A stretch of 63,930 bases of DNA, counting the filler, from Dugesia japonica (Eukaryota), in assembly GCA_001938525.1 (NCBI GenBank). It is 6 parts of 6 records of this genome, joined end to end, with 100 filler letters (N's around TTAATTAATTAA, not from the genome) between each part and the next. Parts side by side here need not be neighbours in the genome. Positions count along the whole stretch, not along the records: positions 31,362 to 46,525 come from MQRL01205001.1; positions 46,626 to 55,721 come from MQRL01646698.1; 4 more parts are not named here. One strand, 5' to 3'. How positions within the stretch are numbered: position 1 is the stretch's first letter; every line of letters starts with the position of its first letter. The notes beneath the pieces are model-generated. The model saw nothing but the letters and a program-made list of their open reading frames with translations, was not told the DNA's origin and did not search any database. Both the position numbers and the translations under genes were made by a program. This document shows, in pieces, positions 38,276 through 50,860 of the stretch.

Positions 38276-39364
38276 AGATACAACCTATTATTGATTAAAA
38301 TAAGTTATATTGCATCTTAAGGTGATGTAATACCTTTTTTATTTATCCCGATACTGTTTAATTGCTTTCTGAAAAATCGTCTGTTCTTTTGGCTTGAATA
38401 TATATTTGCACACTTTGATCGTGCCTGAAAGATCAGAGTTAAAGCATACATTGTGTTGAGTAATAAGTCTTTATATTTTTAAGAAAAATTAAAAGTCAAA
38501 TTTTTATTATTATAAAATATTTTATTCAACAATTGAAATTCTACCATTGAACTTAACGACATTTTGCTATTTTTCAGGTGATTTGAAATCCTTTTTTTTC
38601 TAGAATTTCTCTGTTTTTGAGCGATGAAATTAAATGTTTTATATTAAGAGAATTCTGTAAAAACCTAAATAAACATAAAATAAAAATCAGGTGGTGCTGG
38701 ATCCGGTAAGAATGCTGAGTGAGTTAATACATCCTAGTCAATTTTTAACAACTTTGCTCGTATCTGTAATGATACTTGAGGTCTCACATTATCTTGTTGA
38801 AATATTACAACATGTTTATGGCTCACTTTTCGCATACACCTCATTTGGTTTGTATTGCATTTTTCCCTTTACGGAAATCAACCAACGAAAATATTGATTC
38901 TTGTCTTTCATATTTCCCCTTTAATTTCAATTAATTAGTTTGATTTATTTTAAAATAAGGTACTTACAATGAACGAACAAGTAATAATTAAAACAAANNN
39001 NTTAAAACAAAGATATTTTAAATGAATTAGGCTTTCAATATTTTGCTTATTTAATTTAATACACAATACGGAAAGACTTATTTTTCAGCCAAAATAAAAA
39101 GAACAAAGTAAAATTTTCTTGTTAATACGTACAAAAGTTGTGATGTCAAAAAAATAATTATTAGTTCTGCTTCTTGCATTTCTATTTTAGTGTTTTCTTA
39201 TTTGATGATGCTTAATGACTGTTAAGCCTTTTTGGTTAGTCTTATCTTCATGCATATTCTTAGGTGAGCCATATAATATCAGGTTACTTTATTAATTCAT
39301 TGTTCTCAACTTACCAACTTTTGTTATAGATCGGGTGCCTGGATATAACTTAGTTTGATAGTAA

Positions 39365-41645
39365 TTATTAGTTAAATTTAAAACTTCCAAAAGTTTTATT
39401 TATTATCACAAGTGTTTGATTAAAGTTTTAAAAATGCAAGAATAATCCATAGTGTTTGAACAAATACTCTGAGAAATTTATATTTAATTTCAAATTCATT
39501 AAAATAAAATATTTTGAATATATCGATTTTCTATTTACATATATTTTAATTATTTTTCAAGATAATCTCTTAAAATAATTTTATACTTTTACAAATTTAC
39601 CTAATATAATATAGATAATTGTTTAAATCAATTTACATTTAAAAAATATTTTCTATTTTAAAAATTTGTAATGTACTTTTTTACTATAAATATTTGAAAT
39701 AATTGTAAAATATTTCAAGAATAAATTTTAATATAATATAATATAATATAATATATACCAAATTAAAAAATTTCCCAGATATTTAAAATCTATGAATCAC
39801 TTAAATTTTTTTTAAATATTTTCCACATTTCTTTCGATCATCTTGCCTTCTGAACTCTTCTGCAAGTATCGAATTTCATGAATCTGTTTTATCACCTCGT
39901 ATGAACATGTGTATCTTTCTTTGTCTTTTGATCTGCTTTCTACTTTGATTAACAACTCATCTCCAACTTGAAAATTTTTCTTTCTTGTTGTCAATTCACC
40001 GAATTCTTCATTCTTTTCGCCATTATTGAACCATCTTTCTCTATGTATCTTCTTATCGAATATAATTTTTGCTGGACTTATCCCTAAAGTCTTCTGACTT
40101 GCTGCATTTAATGTATATTCAATTTCTGGTATTAACTCTGCCCAATTTTTATTATTTTTATCTTTGGATTGGTTTAATCTCTGATCTTTCTGAACCGACG
40201 TTCCACTAATCCGTTTTTATTATGATGATATGAACTTGAAAAGCAAATCGTTATATTCATTGAATCTGTCATTTCTTTGAAGGCTTTCAATTCGAAGATC
40301 TACCCGGAATCTACATGTATCTCTTTTGGAGCACCAAATCTCAGTATCCATTTATCCATAATCGTTTTCTTTATTGATTCCTCATCTTGTTTAACTAGGG
40401 CTGTTAAGCATATGTATCTGCTAAATTTATCTATTATGGCACATAATATCCTTTTCTTCCTAAGTTTTCTTGGAATGGCCCACATATATCAATATAAATG
40501 GTTCATTTGCCTTTAATTTTATAGTTTCCTCCTTTGTTCTAACTGTTGTTACTTTGTTTATTTGGCACGCTGTACATTCTTTAATTACTTTCGACACAAT
40601 TTGTCAAATTTTCTAAATCATACTCATTTCATATTCATATTATATTCGTATCATAATCACTTTTTCCGTGCCTGTGTGTATCAATAAATTATGCATTTCT
40701 ATTACCACTTGAATTTTCCTTTCTGACGGGATCCATATTTTGCCGTCTTTTTTTATATCTTCTATTAATCCAAACTTTTTACATGTTCCATTTTTTTATA
40801 TCATTCTTTATCTGTTCAATTTGCCATTTATATGTATCTGAGCCTGATATACCATTAATTGTTCTTATCTTTATTTTTCCTTCCTTTGGATTCTCATGAT
40901 CTGTTAAGCATTGTACACACGTACCACAATTCATTCTCGACAGCATATCTGCATTCGTATGTTTCGCACCTTGTCTAAATTCTAATGCCATATCTAGCCT
41001 ACTAAGAAAATTCATCCAACTCTGATATTGCGGAGTAATTGGCTTGTTTGTCTTTTTCATAAATGCAATCGCCTTGTGATCTGTTCTCACCTAAAATCTT
41101 TTTCCATATTAATAATGTTTAAAATGATTACAAAAATAGTAAATAGCCAATAATTCTTTTCTTGTTATACAATATCCCTTTTCATGAGCTGACATTGCAT
41201 GTGACCCATATGCAATAACTTGTTCTACATCTCTTCCATCTATTTGCGAGAAAACTGCTCCGATGGCATCAAAGCTCGCCTCTGTATCTAGTACAAACAT
41301 CTTTTACATATCTGGAAAACTTAATATCGGTGCTTTTGTTAATGCCTCTTTCATCTCATTAAAAGCTTTATTAAAACTTTCAGACCACACAAGTTTTGTA
41401 TTATTACTTCCACATAGCTCTTTCAAGCTTCTAGCTTTCTTTGAATAGTTATTGATAAACCGTCTATAGTAATTGCATATTCTTAAAAATCTTCTCAAGT
41501 TCTTCACACATTTAGGTCTGTCGAAATTTTGTATCGCTTCAATTTTTGTTGGATCAGTTCGGACTCCATTCTTGTTTATGACATGTCATAAAAATTTGAC
41601 TTTTGCTCGCAGTAAATGACGTTTTTCCGGATTAGTTCTCATTCC
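39365..41645 (-). mobile_element. Second, 5'-truncated copy of the same Ty3/gypsy family (end of RT, RNase H, IN, 3' non-coding region)
   Basis: Near-identical peptides (RTDHKAIAFM, MNCGTCVQCLTDHE, VKQDEESIKKTIMDKWILRF). The downstream AT-rich DNA aligns with about 16220-16700. Confidence 0.93.
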
Positions 41646-44600
41646 TGTCGTTTGATAGTCTTGATATCTGCCATAGTCACTATCGGTTGTTATAGGTGAG
41701 TCACTATCCTCAAGAACAGCTCAGCTATTTCGGCAAATCTTTTCCCATAGTCGTGGTTCACTTGAATCATCTGTTTTTTGTGCATCTCTTTCAGCCATAT
41801 TCGATTTTACGTGACTCATTACGGTTCTGCATCGGTACTGTACTTTCCGAGAGTCCCACATCGGTGGTATCCAGTTGTTTAAAATTGTTGTAAACATACA
41901 ACCGCTGTCATTTAAGGATTGTCGAGGTCTACTTAGGTGATACTTTTTGACATTCTTCAGTGGAATATTTTAAAATATTATTGTAACATAACATATAATA
42001 TACAGTTCAAGATTATCCTTGGCTAGTAAAATTAAAGTCATTTCTGAACTATGACTTCGTGAATTAATTTTAGAAAGGAACAATACAGTCAGATAGCGAG
42101 ATAATTTGTTACTAACAAAACCTTATAATTCTGATCTTGACCACTATCACCTAAGATGATTTTTCATTGATCAGCATTCCAAGTTTAAGCATGCATTCAT
42201 ATAAAATCAGGATTAAGATAATATCATGCATGAACTAGTACTGAATTTATCAATTTACTAAAAACATTTAATAGCATTTTTAATATAATATTTTGATTTA
42301 TTAATTATCATAATCCAAATTGTTTTTAATTTCTGAAATTTCATAAGTCATAAGTTATTAAGTCATAAATTCATTTAAATAAATTAAAATGAAGATTATC
42401 CAGTTATTAAAGTATAATTGTCATACAAATGCATAATATCAAAACAAAAATATTCTTACGACCATAATAACATTATGAAAAGCAAAGAAGCAAGGATCAT
42501 TATCAGTTGTCGTTTCTTTATAACGTTTTATTTGTTTATTGTTCGCCTTTTAAGGCACCCTGAAGTGTTTTTCTATCATTAATTATTCACATTCCTCTTC
42601 AACCATAATTTATAACTCTTATTGCCGCATATTTTCTCATTTATCTTGAACCAGTTTCAAATATCGATCCGTTAGGGTTTTGCTAGCCATTTAATACTCA
42701 TAAACTATTTATTTGTCATTTTATTGATGCCTAATTAAGGGTATGAGGCATTCAAAACAAATAAACAGTTTAAGTAATTTCTCTCAAAATAATTTCTCAA
42801 TCCACTTTTTAAATAATTTTTAAGCGTTTTTAATTTTTTGAATGTCTGATATTTCGATTTGATATCGTGTTTATATAGTAGTTTGGTCTTGGTTTTTCAA
42901 AAATTTGTGTCTATCAAAACATCAACATTTATGCATGCTTGCATTGGCATAACAGATAACTAGACCATGGTTATAGAATAGCATTCTCAGATTAATAATG
43001 ATGAGGATTGTTTTACTCCCCATTAAATATACGTTCATTTATGTTGGAGGTTTAAATTTTATGTATCTGTTGTTATTACCGCTTCTTCGTAGAATAATTT
43101 AGTTCAAATTCACAGGTTTTCGCTTGCATTGTGATTTAGAATATCATTTGAACGATGATTAACCAATATGGGTTTTACCAAAAAAATTTGGAATTTTAAG
43201 TTTCACTTTCACTAAATTGCGACTTTTATGAATAATGATAATACAATAAAAATTGTAAATAATAATGTNNNNNNNNNAATAATAATGTTGGGGTTTCATC
43301 TAGATAGCTCAATTTTATTCTATGTAAAACCACCTAGTAAAACCACGCGAAAAATTTAATTTTGTGTCCGTAAGCCAGATTTCTGGAGTAGTGCCGGTGA
43401 CTCGCAACCCATAATTCGAATTCATGGTCGTTTTCATTTTATTTGGGTTCCTATCTTTTATAACATTCGATTTGGTTTGTTGCAATACCTGGATCTGGCT
43501 TACAAGTTATTCCATCGATTCAAATATTTGTCAACGACTCCGAAACCTCTGTCATTATCGATAATCTTCTCGTTAGTCGTTTGTACAAATCTTTCTGCGC
43601 TTTACTTTTATGGATCTGGAATCCCCTTCTATGATTTCATAATCTCGAAGATTCTCTTTCTAATTACCCATTTGATTATTCGGTATCTCGTGAAACAACC
43701 TATCCGTTTGTTCCAAAAAAATCTACAATCTTTATACCCATCTGGGACACCTTATTAGCTCACTAATTGTTATCCGTTATGATTGTTCTCTGTATCATTG
43801 TTATCATTACTCGGGTTAAATTCGTCATTAATATGGTTGTCGAAATTTTCCAATATTTTTGAGGTCATAATTTCTCCTAATCATTATTATTATCATTATC
43901 ATTAATAATATTTTTATTAACACATTCAATAGTTATTAGGAATAATTATTTTGCTTATTACTTTCGAAACGAGAATCTGTACTTTTACTTTTTCATTATT
44001 ATTGTTATGTTAATCAAAGGGAAATCCTAAATCATTACTTAGGAAGATTTTATTGGAATTGATAACTACGAGCTTTAAAGTTCATACTACAATATAGGTT
44101 ACAAAATTACTTACGTGAACAGTAATATCCGCCCGATACAATGAGCATAATATCAATTATTTATCAATTAACTCATAACAATAATCTATAATTTATCCAT
44201 TTTAATCCATCAGCAGAAACCGTTGCAGAGCCTTGGATATTAGTTTCTAAGAAGTCATCTCTAACTTATTAAACTCAAAAGGGAATCTTTTCAGATTGAT
44301 TTTTATGAAATTTGCATCGGTATTTGTACCACTTTTCTTATATGCCCTCAATCTTCTTATTGGCTCGATAATAGCATACGATATGTTAATAATTCTAATT
44401 GGTTGAATCGATAACGCCACTTTCTTCTATTGGTTAATTTTTTGGAATTCCAAAATTGGTCATCTTTTAAAAGCCTGGTAACTTTCTTCTTGGTGAAGCC
44501 AGCGTTTTCTAACAACGATTTTTGAAATCCTCGCATTTTTTCTGACCATAATTTTCTGATTACATAACATTTGTTCACCGCATTGCTATAATAGTTTCTT

Positions 44601-45413
44601 TTAGCAGTTGGTTCTCCTCGTTGATCGACTTTACTTCATTCCGAAACTTCTTTAACTCCATTAACTCATCTATTCGGCTAGTAATTCGATGTGGCAAGGT
44701 TTTCCACTCTTCGCCGACATTCTAAACAAACATGCGAAATTATTGACTTCTTGATCACCATTATATAAAGCTAGTGGACATTTAACACATCATAAGAAAT
44801 TGAAACATACACTACATAGAACTATGCTTACAACACCTAAACATTGATTGTCAACATTTGACAAAATAAAAAGAATTACAATGTCAGATGATGATGCATA
44901 TATGAAATGATCTACTCTAAGTTTGTGTTATCATTTTATTCCACGGTTCCTGATTCATTCTTCTCGTCGGCCCCGTCATCTAGATAAGGAACACGTTGTG
45001 GCATAACACATTCAATTCTTTCAGCCAGATGATCCGATTGTGTTTGATACTCGGCTCGTTTTCCTTTCGTCTTGTTGACTTGGGCAACTGAGATCAGTGG
45101 ATGTCTTAAATGCTGCACAATTTAATATAATAGGGTGGCTTTTTCATTGTCCCGATACACGTATGCCTCTTAAATTTGAGTCATCTTCTCTTAATGCTCC
45201 TTCTCCATTCTTTGAATCCGCTCTTGCAGACCATTGATCTTCCGATCTTTTTGTCGCAGTCGGTTGGTTTGCATCCAACATGACTCCTTTATCGCATCCG
45301 AATTTCTAGAGTCCTATAAGTTCGTCATTTCTGGCGCCGAGCGAGTATTAAAAGACCATCTATAGATTTTCAGGGAATTTTCAGTTTCTTTATTTATAAG
45401 CTAGTGACTGATG

Positions 45414-45584
45414 ATGTGAATTAATTTTTCTATTAATGAATTTATATTACATTATTCAAGTGACTTAATACGGCATTTGTTATTTATCGATAAGGCTAAA
45501 CGCCTTATCGATAAATAACAAATGCCGTAATAAGTCACTTGAATAATGTAATATAAATTCATTAATAGAAAAATCAATTCATAT
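45414..45584. repeat. Long near-perfect palindrome (83-bp arms, 5-nt loop TAAAC)
   Basis: 45414-45496 is the reverse complement of 45502-45584, with 3 mismatches by manual comparison. Confidence 0.95.
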
Positions 45585-46096
45585 TTATTAATTCATATAT
45601 TATTATTATAAATATTATTATCAAAGACTATGATGCTGTATGAAAATATTACATTTATGAGTAAAAATAAAAAAGTAAAAAAATGCGAAGAAATGTTTTC
45701 CTTTAAAGTTATTTACTAATCAAAATCGTTAGGTAAATAATGAATTCAATAAACAAAATTATAAAACAGAAATTATAATTACTTATTACATAGGTGACAA
45801 AAATTGAAACATCTTACAGTATTGCATACATAAAAGAAAAAGCACTGATCACCATTAGTTATCATTTGGCTCACTTTATCTACTTTACAACTCTCAGAAT
45901 TTTCATTATTATCTTTTTTGAAGCTTTACTCGAGTTGCACTCCATATTATTTTTCCTCACTACTACACCGTCAATTTAATTTTTTGTTAGTTTTACCATT
46001 CGTTAATTTTTCATTTTCTCTTTTACCAACTTCGTTTAGTATGATCTTTCATCGGCCATAACATCCGATATCGATGACTCAATCCGAACTCTAACC

Positions 46097-46291
46097 CAGT
46101 GGAATAGCGAGCATAACTGGCACCTATTCAATACATTTTGGCGTCTCCTCATCCCCCAAAAAACATTAAGCACTTTAAGTTTAAAAAGATTGTATTTTGG
46201 ACGCAGAAAATCTTGTTTGTCTTAAGGACCATTTGGCGCCCATCAACGAGTAGCGCCCGTCGCATGATAGACTCCCCTTGTTACGCCACTG
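46097..46291. mobile_element. hAT-type MITE with 8-bp target-site duplication
   Basis: CTCTAACC|CAGTGG...TTACGCCACTG|CTCTAACC. The same right-end motif GTTACGCCACTG recurs at about 20318-20329. Confidence 0.85.
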
Positions 46292-46625
46292 CTCTAACCA
46301 ACTACATTAATAGTTTACTCCGATATTATTGATTCAATCCGCTTTCCAATTAATCCCGATATCATTAATTCAATCCAATCTCTAATTCACTCTGATAATT
46401 AATACATTTGATTGTTGCACCACTACATATTAATTCATTTTGGAATCATAACCAGGGAATAATAAATTCATTCTGTCATTTAATAACTACTCTCACTGGT
46501 GTATGATCTCGCCGATATTCACATANNNNNNNNNNNNNNNNNNNNNNNNNNNNNNNNNNNNNNNNNNNNTTAATTAATTAANNNNNNNNNNNNNNNNNNN
46601 NNNNNNNNNNNNNNNNNNNNNNNNN

Positions 46626-47212
46626 AAACACATTTTGTATGTAGGTTGTTGCAGAGCTCAAGTTTTTTCAAGTCACATTTTTAACGGATTTACTGTCATA
46701 AAGGAGGTGGTGGAGAAAGCTGTTTAACACATAAAGAGTTTTGCAAGTTAAAGAAAATTACGGTGATAAATNGTTTTGATAAAAATTNGTCAAAACGATT
46801 AAATCCAGGTGATGTTAATGTTATCGATGATTTATTCCAAGAAGCAAATAAGGGAGCGGAATTTACATATTTGTTCACAAAAATTGCTAGACATCGAGGT
46901 GTTAAAGTCATTTTTATTACACAATATCTTTTTCATCCAGGGGGAAATCATCGAACAAGAAATTTGAACGTTAGTTATCTTGTTTTGTTTAATAACCCTC
47001 GAGATTAAACTATTGTTGATTTTGTTGCAAGACAGGCTTTTCCACATTTGAAAATATTTTTGCAAGATACATTTAGAGATGCAACAACCAGTGCTCATGG
47101 GTATCTTTTCATTGACTTTACACAAGAATGCAACGATAATGAAAGAGTTAAAACTGATGTCTTTAATTCAAATGGTCTCACTGTCTATAAACAAACTACC
47201 ACTCATGAATGA
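46626..47212 (+). pseudogene. A32/FtsK-like genome-packaging ATPase (C-terminal part)
   Basis: Walker B VIDDL, ARHRGVKVIFITQYLF, RTRNLNVSYLVLFNNPRD, then after a stop ARQAFP...HGYLFIDF. Confidence 0.9.
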
Positions 47213-47387
47213 ATATACCGAAGATGAAGTTTGAAAAAGTTATTCCAAAAATCAAAGAAAAAGAAGAAGCGAACTAAACGAAAAGTGAAACGACTAAAAC
47301 AAATATCGAAAGCAGATATTAAGAAAGTAATGGGGAAGCTCTCAAAAATATGGGTTCATCTAAAAACAAAATTTGAAATGAAATTGT

Positions 47388-47864
47388 TTGTTAACAACGA
47401 AGCGAATTGAGCAAAGTGTTTCTTATTTTGAGGCTCTTCTTCACTCTAAAGCAGATAGATGGAAATTATTACAGAGTTTTCCATCCTTTGTTTTGAAAGA
47501 TTTTATTGAGGTATTGCATAACATAGTTTTGGGACAAGTTGAAGTAGGTTCTCTTAAGAAAAACTTAAAGAAGTACAGAAATACACTGATTGACATGATT
47601 AATGCACGTAGTATCAATGCAAAAAAGAGGATTTTGATGAAGCGTTTTCCACTTGATGATTTTGATAAAAACAAGAGAAAAAATAAAGAGAGTTTTAAAG
47701 GTTCAAAAAAAATTAAACATGAAGGAAGTGGTTTTTTTTGGGCTGCTCTAATACCATTTGCTTCTTTGATTGCAAAAGATATTGGTAGCGGTGCTATTGC
47801 AAGTGCCGCTGGTTATGGTGTTAGCAAAATCATTGAAAAAATTAATAAACCACAAGAAGTATAA
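47388..47864 (+). CDS. Polinton small basic protein (pX/core-like) with GSGFF motif
   Basis: FIEVLHNIVLGQV...LKKYRNTL and KHEGSGFFWAALIP; located between the ATPase and integrase genes. Confidence 0.6.
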   Translation: MLTTKRIEQSVSYFEALLHSKADRWKLLQSFPSFVLKDFIEVLHNIVLGQVEVGSLKKNLKKYRNTLIDMINARSINAKKRILMKRFPLDDFDKNKRKNKESFKGSKKIKHEGSGFFWAALIPFASLIAKDIGSGAIASAAGYGVSKIIEKINKPQEV

Positions 47865-47868
47865 ACAA

Positions 47869-48981
47869 ATGGTAAGTTTGATTAATTTTAATTAACGGGG
47901 CCTTCCCAATCTTTACCAAATTTTAATTTTAATATTCGTTCAAATTGTTGTGTTTCAGATGAACATGGAAACAATATGGTTCAATTCATAAGATGTAGTA
48001 GGATTTGGCAGCATTTCAAAAATCGCAAAAGCAACAAAAACAAGCAAGAAGAAAACAGAGAATTAGTTGAAAGATCAAATGGCTTATAGTCTCAACAAAC
48101 CTATGAGAAAGAGGTTTCCAACGAGGAAATACCGAGCTAATGGTATTAATGCGATTTGGCAGATGGATTTAATGGAAATGATACCTTATTCAAGAATTAA
48201 CAAAGGCTATAAATATATTTTAACAGGTGTTGATGTCTTTAGTCGATTTGCTCGTGCAGTTCCAGTTAAGAAAAAGAATGCAAAAGATATGTCAGAGGCA
48301 ATGGAAAAAATATTGAAAGGTTCACAACCAAAACATATTCAAACAGATTTAGGAAAGGAATTTTACAATTCCAGTGTGAAAGCACTTTTGAATAAGTATA
48401 ATAATTATCACTATTCTGTTTTCAGTCAGTAAAAAGCAGCTCTCGTTGAAAGATTTAATCGAACATTAAGAACAAAGTTTTCAAAATATTTCACTTATCG
48501 TGGCAATAAAGTTTGGATAAATGTCTTGCCAAAGCTCATTCAATCATATAACTATAGTCAATATCGCGGTCGGAATGGATATCGACCGGTTGATGTAACT
48601 GACGACTTGAACTTTTGGTTACATAATGAAATTAAGACTGTGAAGAAGGCAAAGTATAATATTGACGACTTTTTTCGAATTAGCAATATCAGTAAAACTC
48701 CATTCATTAAAAATTTCGATCAAAACTGGAGTGATGAAGTCTTTTGAATAACAGGAATCAATACAAAGCAAATGCCCGTAATGTATGAAATCAGTGCTGT
48801 GGATTATGAATTTATCCAAGGAAAGTTCATTGAACAAGAATTGCAAGTTCTCCCACGTAAACCACTTGTGTATCGTATTGAAAAAATTATTCGTAAAAAA
48901 GGCAATCAAGTTTTAGTCAAGTGGCATGGTTATTCAAAACCCAGTTGGATATTTGCATCAAATGTAAACAAAATTCAATAA
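47869..48981 (+). pseudogene. rve integrase with C-terminal chromo-like domain
   Basis: WQMDLMEM, YKYILTGVDVFSRFA, IQTDLGKEFYN, VERFNRTL, NWSDEVF, YRIEKIIRKKGNQVLVKWHGY. In-frame stops only. Confidence 0.95.
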
Positions 48982-48999
48982 AATAGAATAGAATCGAAC

Positions 49000-49755
49000 A
49001 TGTCCAAAAAGAAAATGACTTCATTTTATATGGTATTACCAAGCAATAGTTGTCCAAACACTCGTCCAAGTAACTCTGCAAATAAATTTACAATCGACTA
49101 TGAAAATGCAATTAATTTACCTGGTGAATGGGAAGTCGCAATGACTGATATTCTTCTTGTGTATTATCCACAAACCATCAAACAAGGAACATACATTTCG
49201 TATCAATCATGCGAGAAAAGAAAACATAAAATGGAAATGAAAGATAATAAGCTTGTCTTCACTCCACATTTCCCTGAAATATCCAATGTTGTTTATGACA
49301 GGAAACAAATGTGGGTTAATACAAATAAAAACATTGCAAAAATCTTCAAAGCAATTGAAGATGCTCGTTCATGGGGCTTTAATAGAACAATAATTCGTGG
49401 TGATAGCTACATTGTATTTCAGGAGATGCAACCTACTAAAAATCCTGTTGACATTGATGCAGTTACTTGGGACAATAAGGATAAGAATAAGGATTCATTT
49501 TTCAGAGGGAAACAGTATGGTAGAAACTGGAAAGCTGTTTTTGGACGAAATGCGCTTCCAATTCTAAAGAAATTTGGTATTCCTATTGCAAAATTAGCAG
49601 GCAAAGCGTTGCGGAATGCTGGTAGAAATGTGATTCAGGGAAAGGCAAAAGTAAAAGATGCATTAATCAGTAGCGCAAAAGAAGCTTTACCAGAAATAAA
49701 AAGGCATGCAAAAGATGCATTTCAGGAATCAACAACAAATTTATTTAACGAATAA
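49000..49755 (+). pseudogene. Minor capsid (penton) N-terminus fused, probably by deletion, to a PZ/protein-VI-like amphipathic protein
   Basis: FYMVLPSNS...NSANKFTIDYENAINLPGEWEVAM is the Polinton penton start. RGKQYG..W...GRNALPILKK...AGKAL...*SESG is PZ-like. Junction near 49470-49495. Confidence 0.75.
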
Positions 49756-49789
49756 AGCGAAAGTGGTTTAAATAAAATAAAAAGAAAAC

Positions 49790-50430
49790 AGAGTATGTTC
49801 ATTAAAGAAGCAAAACTTTTAATAAGAAGATTTATTGCACAACAATCAGTGCGAATCGGTCATTATATGGGAATGAATAATCAAAATGCAATTTATCCAG
49901 TTCAAAGATAAAAAATAATTCAATTTTCAATTCCAAAAGGTTCAAGAAGTGAATATAAGGATAATTTATTTAGTGATAAAAGATTGCCAAAGTTTGTTTT
50001 GATAACATTTCAAATGATAGCGGTGAATCAAAGGTTAGTGGTGAATATTCATCGTTTTGCTGCTCATTTGATAATTTTAATATTCAAAGCATTTCATTGT
50101 AACGTGAAATTGACTATAGAGATACATATAATATCAACATGGAAAATTACTTTAATGAAGCTTGTGTGAGATCTCTAATTCTTAATATGGGTTTAATCAA
50201 CAAGAATATAAATAATGGAANNNNNNNNNNNNNNNNNNNNNNNNNNNNNNNNNNNNNNNNNNNNNNNNNNNNNNNNTTTCGATGTTGATCAAACACAATT
50301 GCCTAAAACTGGAAATCTGAAAATAGATATTCGTTTCAGAGATGTATTACGTGATTTAGTAACAATGTATGTATATGAAGTTTTTGATGAAGACGTCCAA
50401 ATAGCAAAGGATGGGTCTATTATAGTATAA
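49790..50430 (+). pseudogene. Major capsid protein (double jelly-roll), C-terminal half
   Basis: KEAKLLIRR...H...NAIYP, RLPKFVLITF, FD......KTGNLKIDIRFRDVL...TMYVYEVFDEDVQIAKDG. Confidence 0.82.
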
Positions 50431-50521
50431 ACAACGAATTGGCTCTCAATAAATTAATGATGTTTCAATCGAAATATGCCATGAAGCAAGTTTTTTTTAG
50501 TTTTCTTTAAAAATTAACTAA

Positions 50522-50860
50522 TTTAGTACTTTAGATATTGAAAGAGCTCTTGATTGTCTTTACGATTTTCGCGGAATATATGCATTAGAGAAGCTGCCTG
50601 ACTACTTAGATAATGGAGGATATGNNNNNNNNNNNNNNNNNNNNNNNNNNNNNNNNNNNNNNNNNNNNNNNNNNNNNNNNNNNNNNNATCGAATCAATGT
50701 CTATGATCCTCTTAGAATGTATTATCCTGCAGTTCTTGTAAGAAAGTTGGAAAGAATGCAACAACCTGTTGTTTACAATAATACAATGTATCAGAATCCT
50801 TTGACGTTTTAATGTGGACAGTACTGTATTAATTGGTTGTATAAACAAAGTTATAAATAA
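50522..50860 (+). pseudogene. Adenain/Ulp1-like cysteine maturation protease
   Basis: Manual translation FRGIYALEKLP...[gap]...VYDPL...VYNNTMYQNPLTF*CGQYCINWL. The Q..CG.YC catalytic motif is present; the His motif probably falls in the N gap. Confidence 0.85.

Noticed and set aside
38688-38712. SGGAGSGK Walker-A-like peptide
   Set aside because: Closed by a stop four codons later, with no other helicase or ATPase motifs nearby.
42500-43200. Possible hAT transposase remnant on the minus strand
   Set aside because: Only faint motif resemblance; too degraded to support a call.
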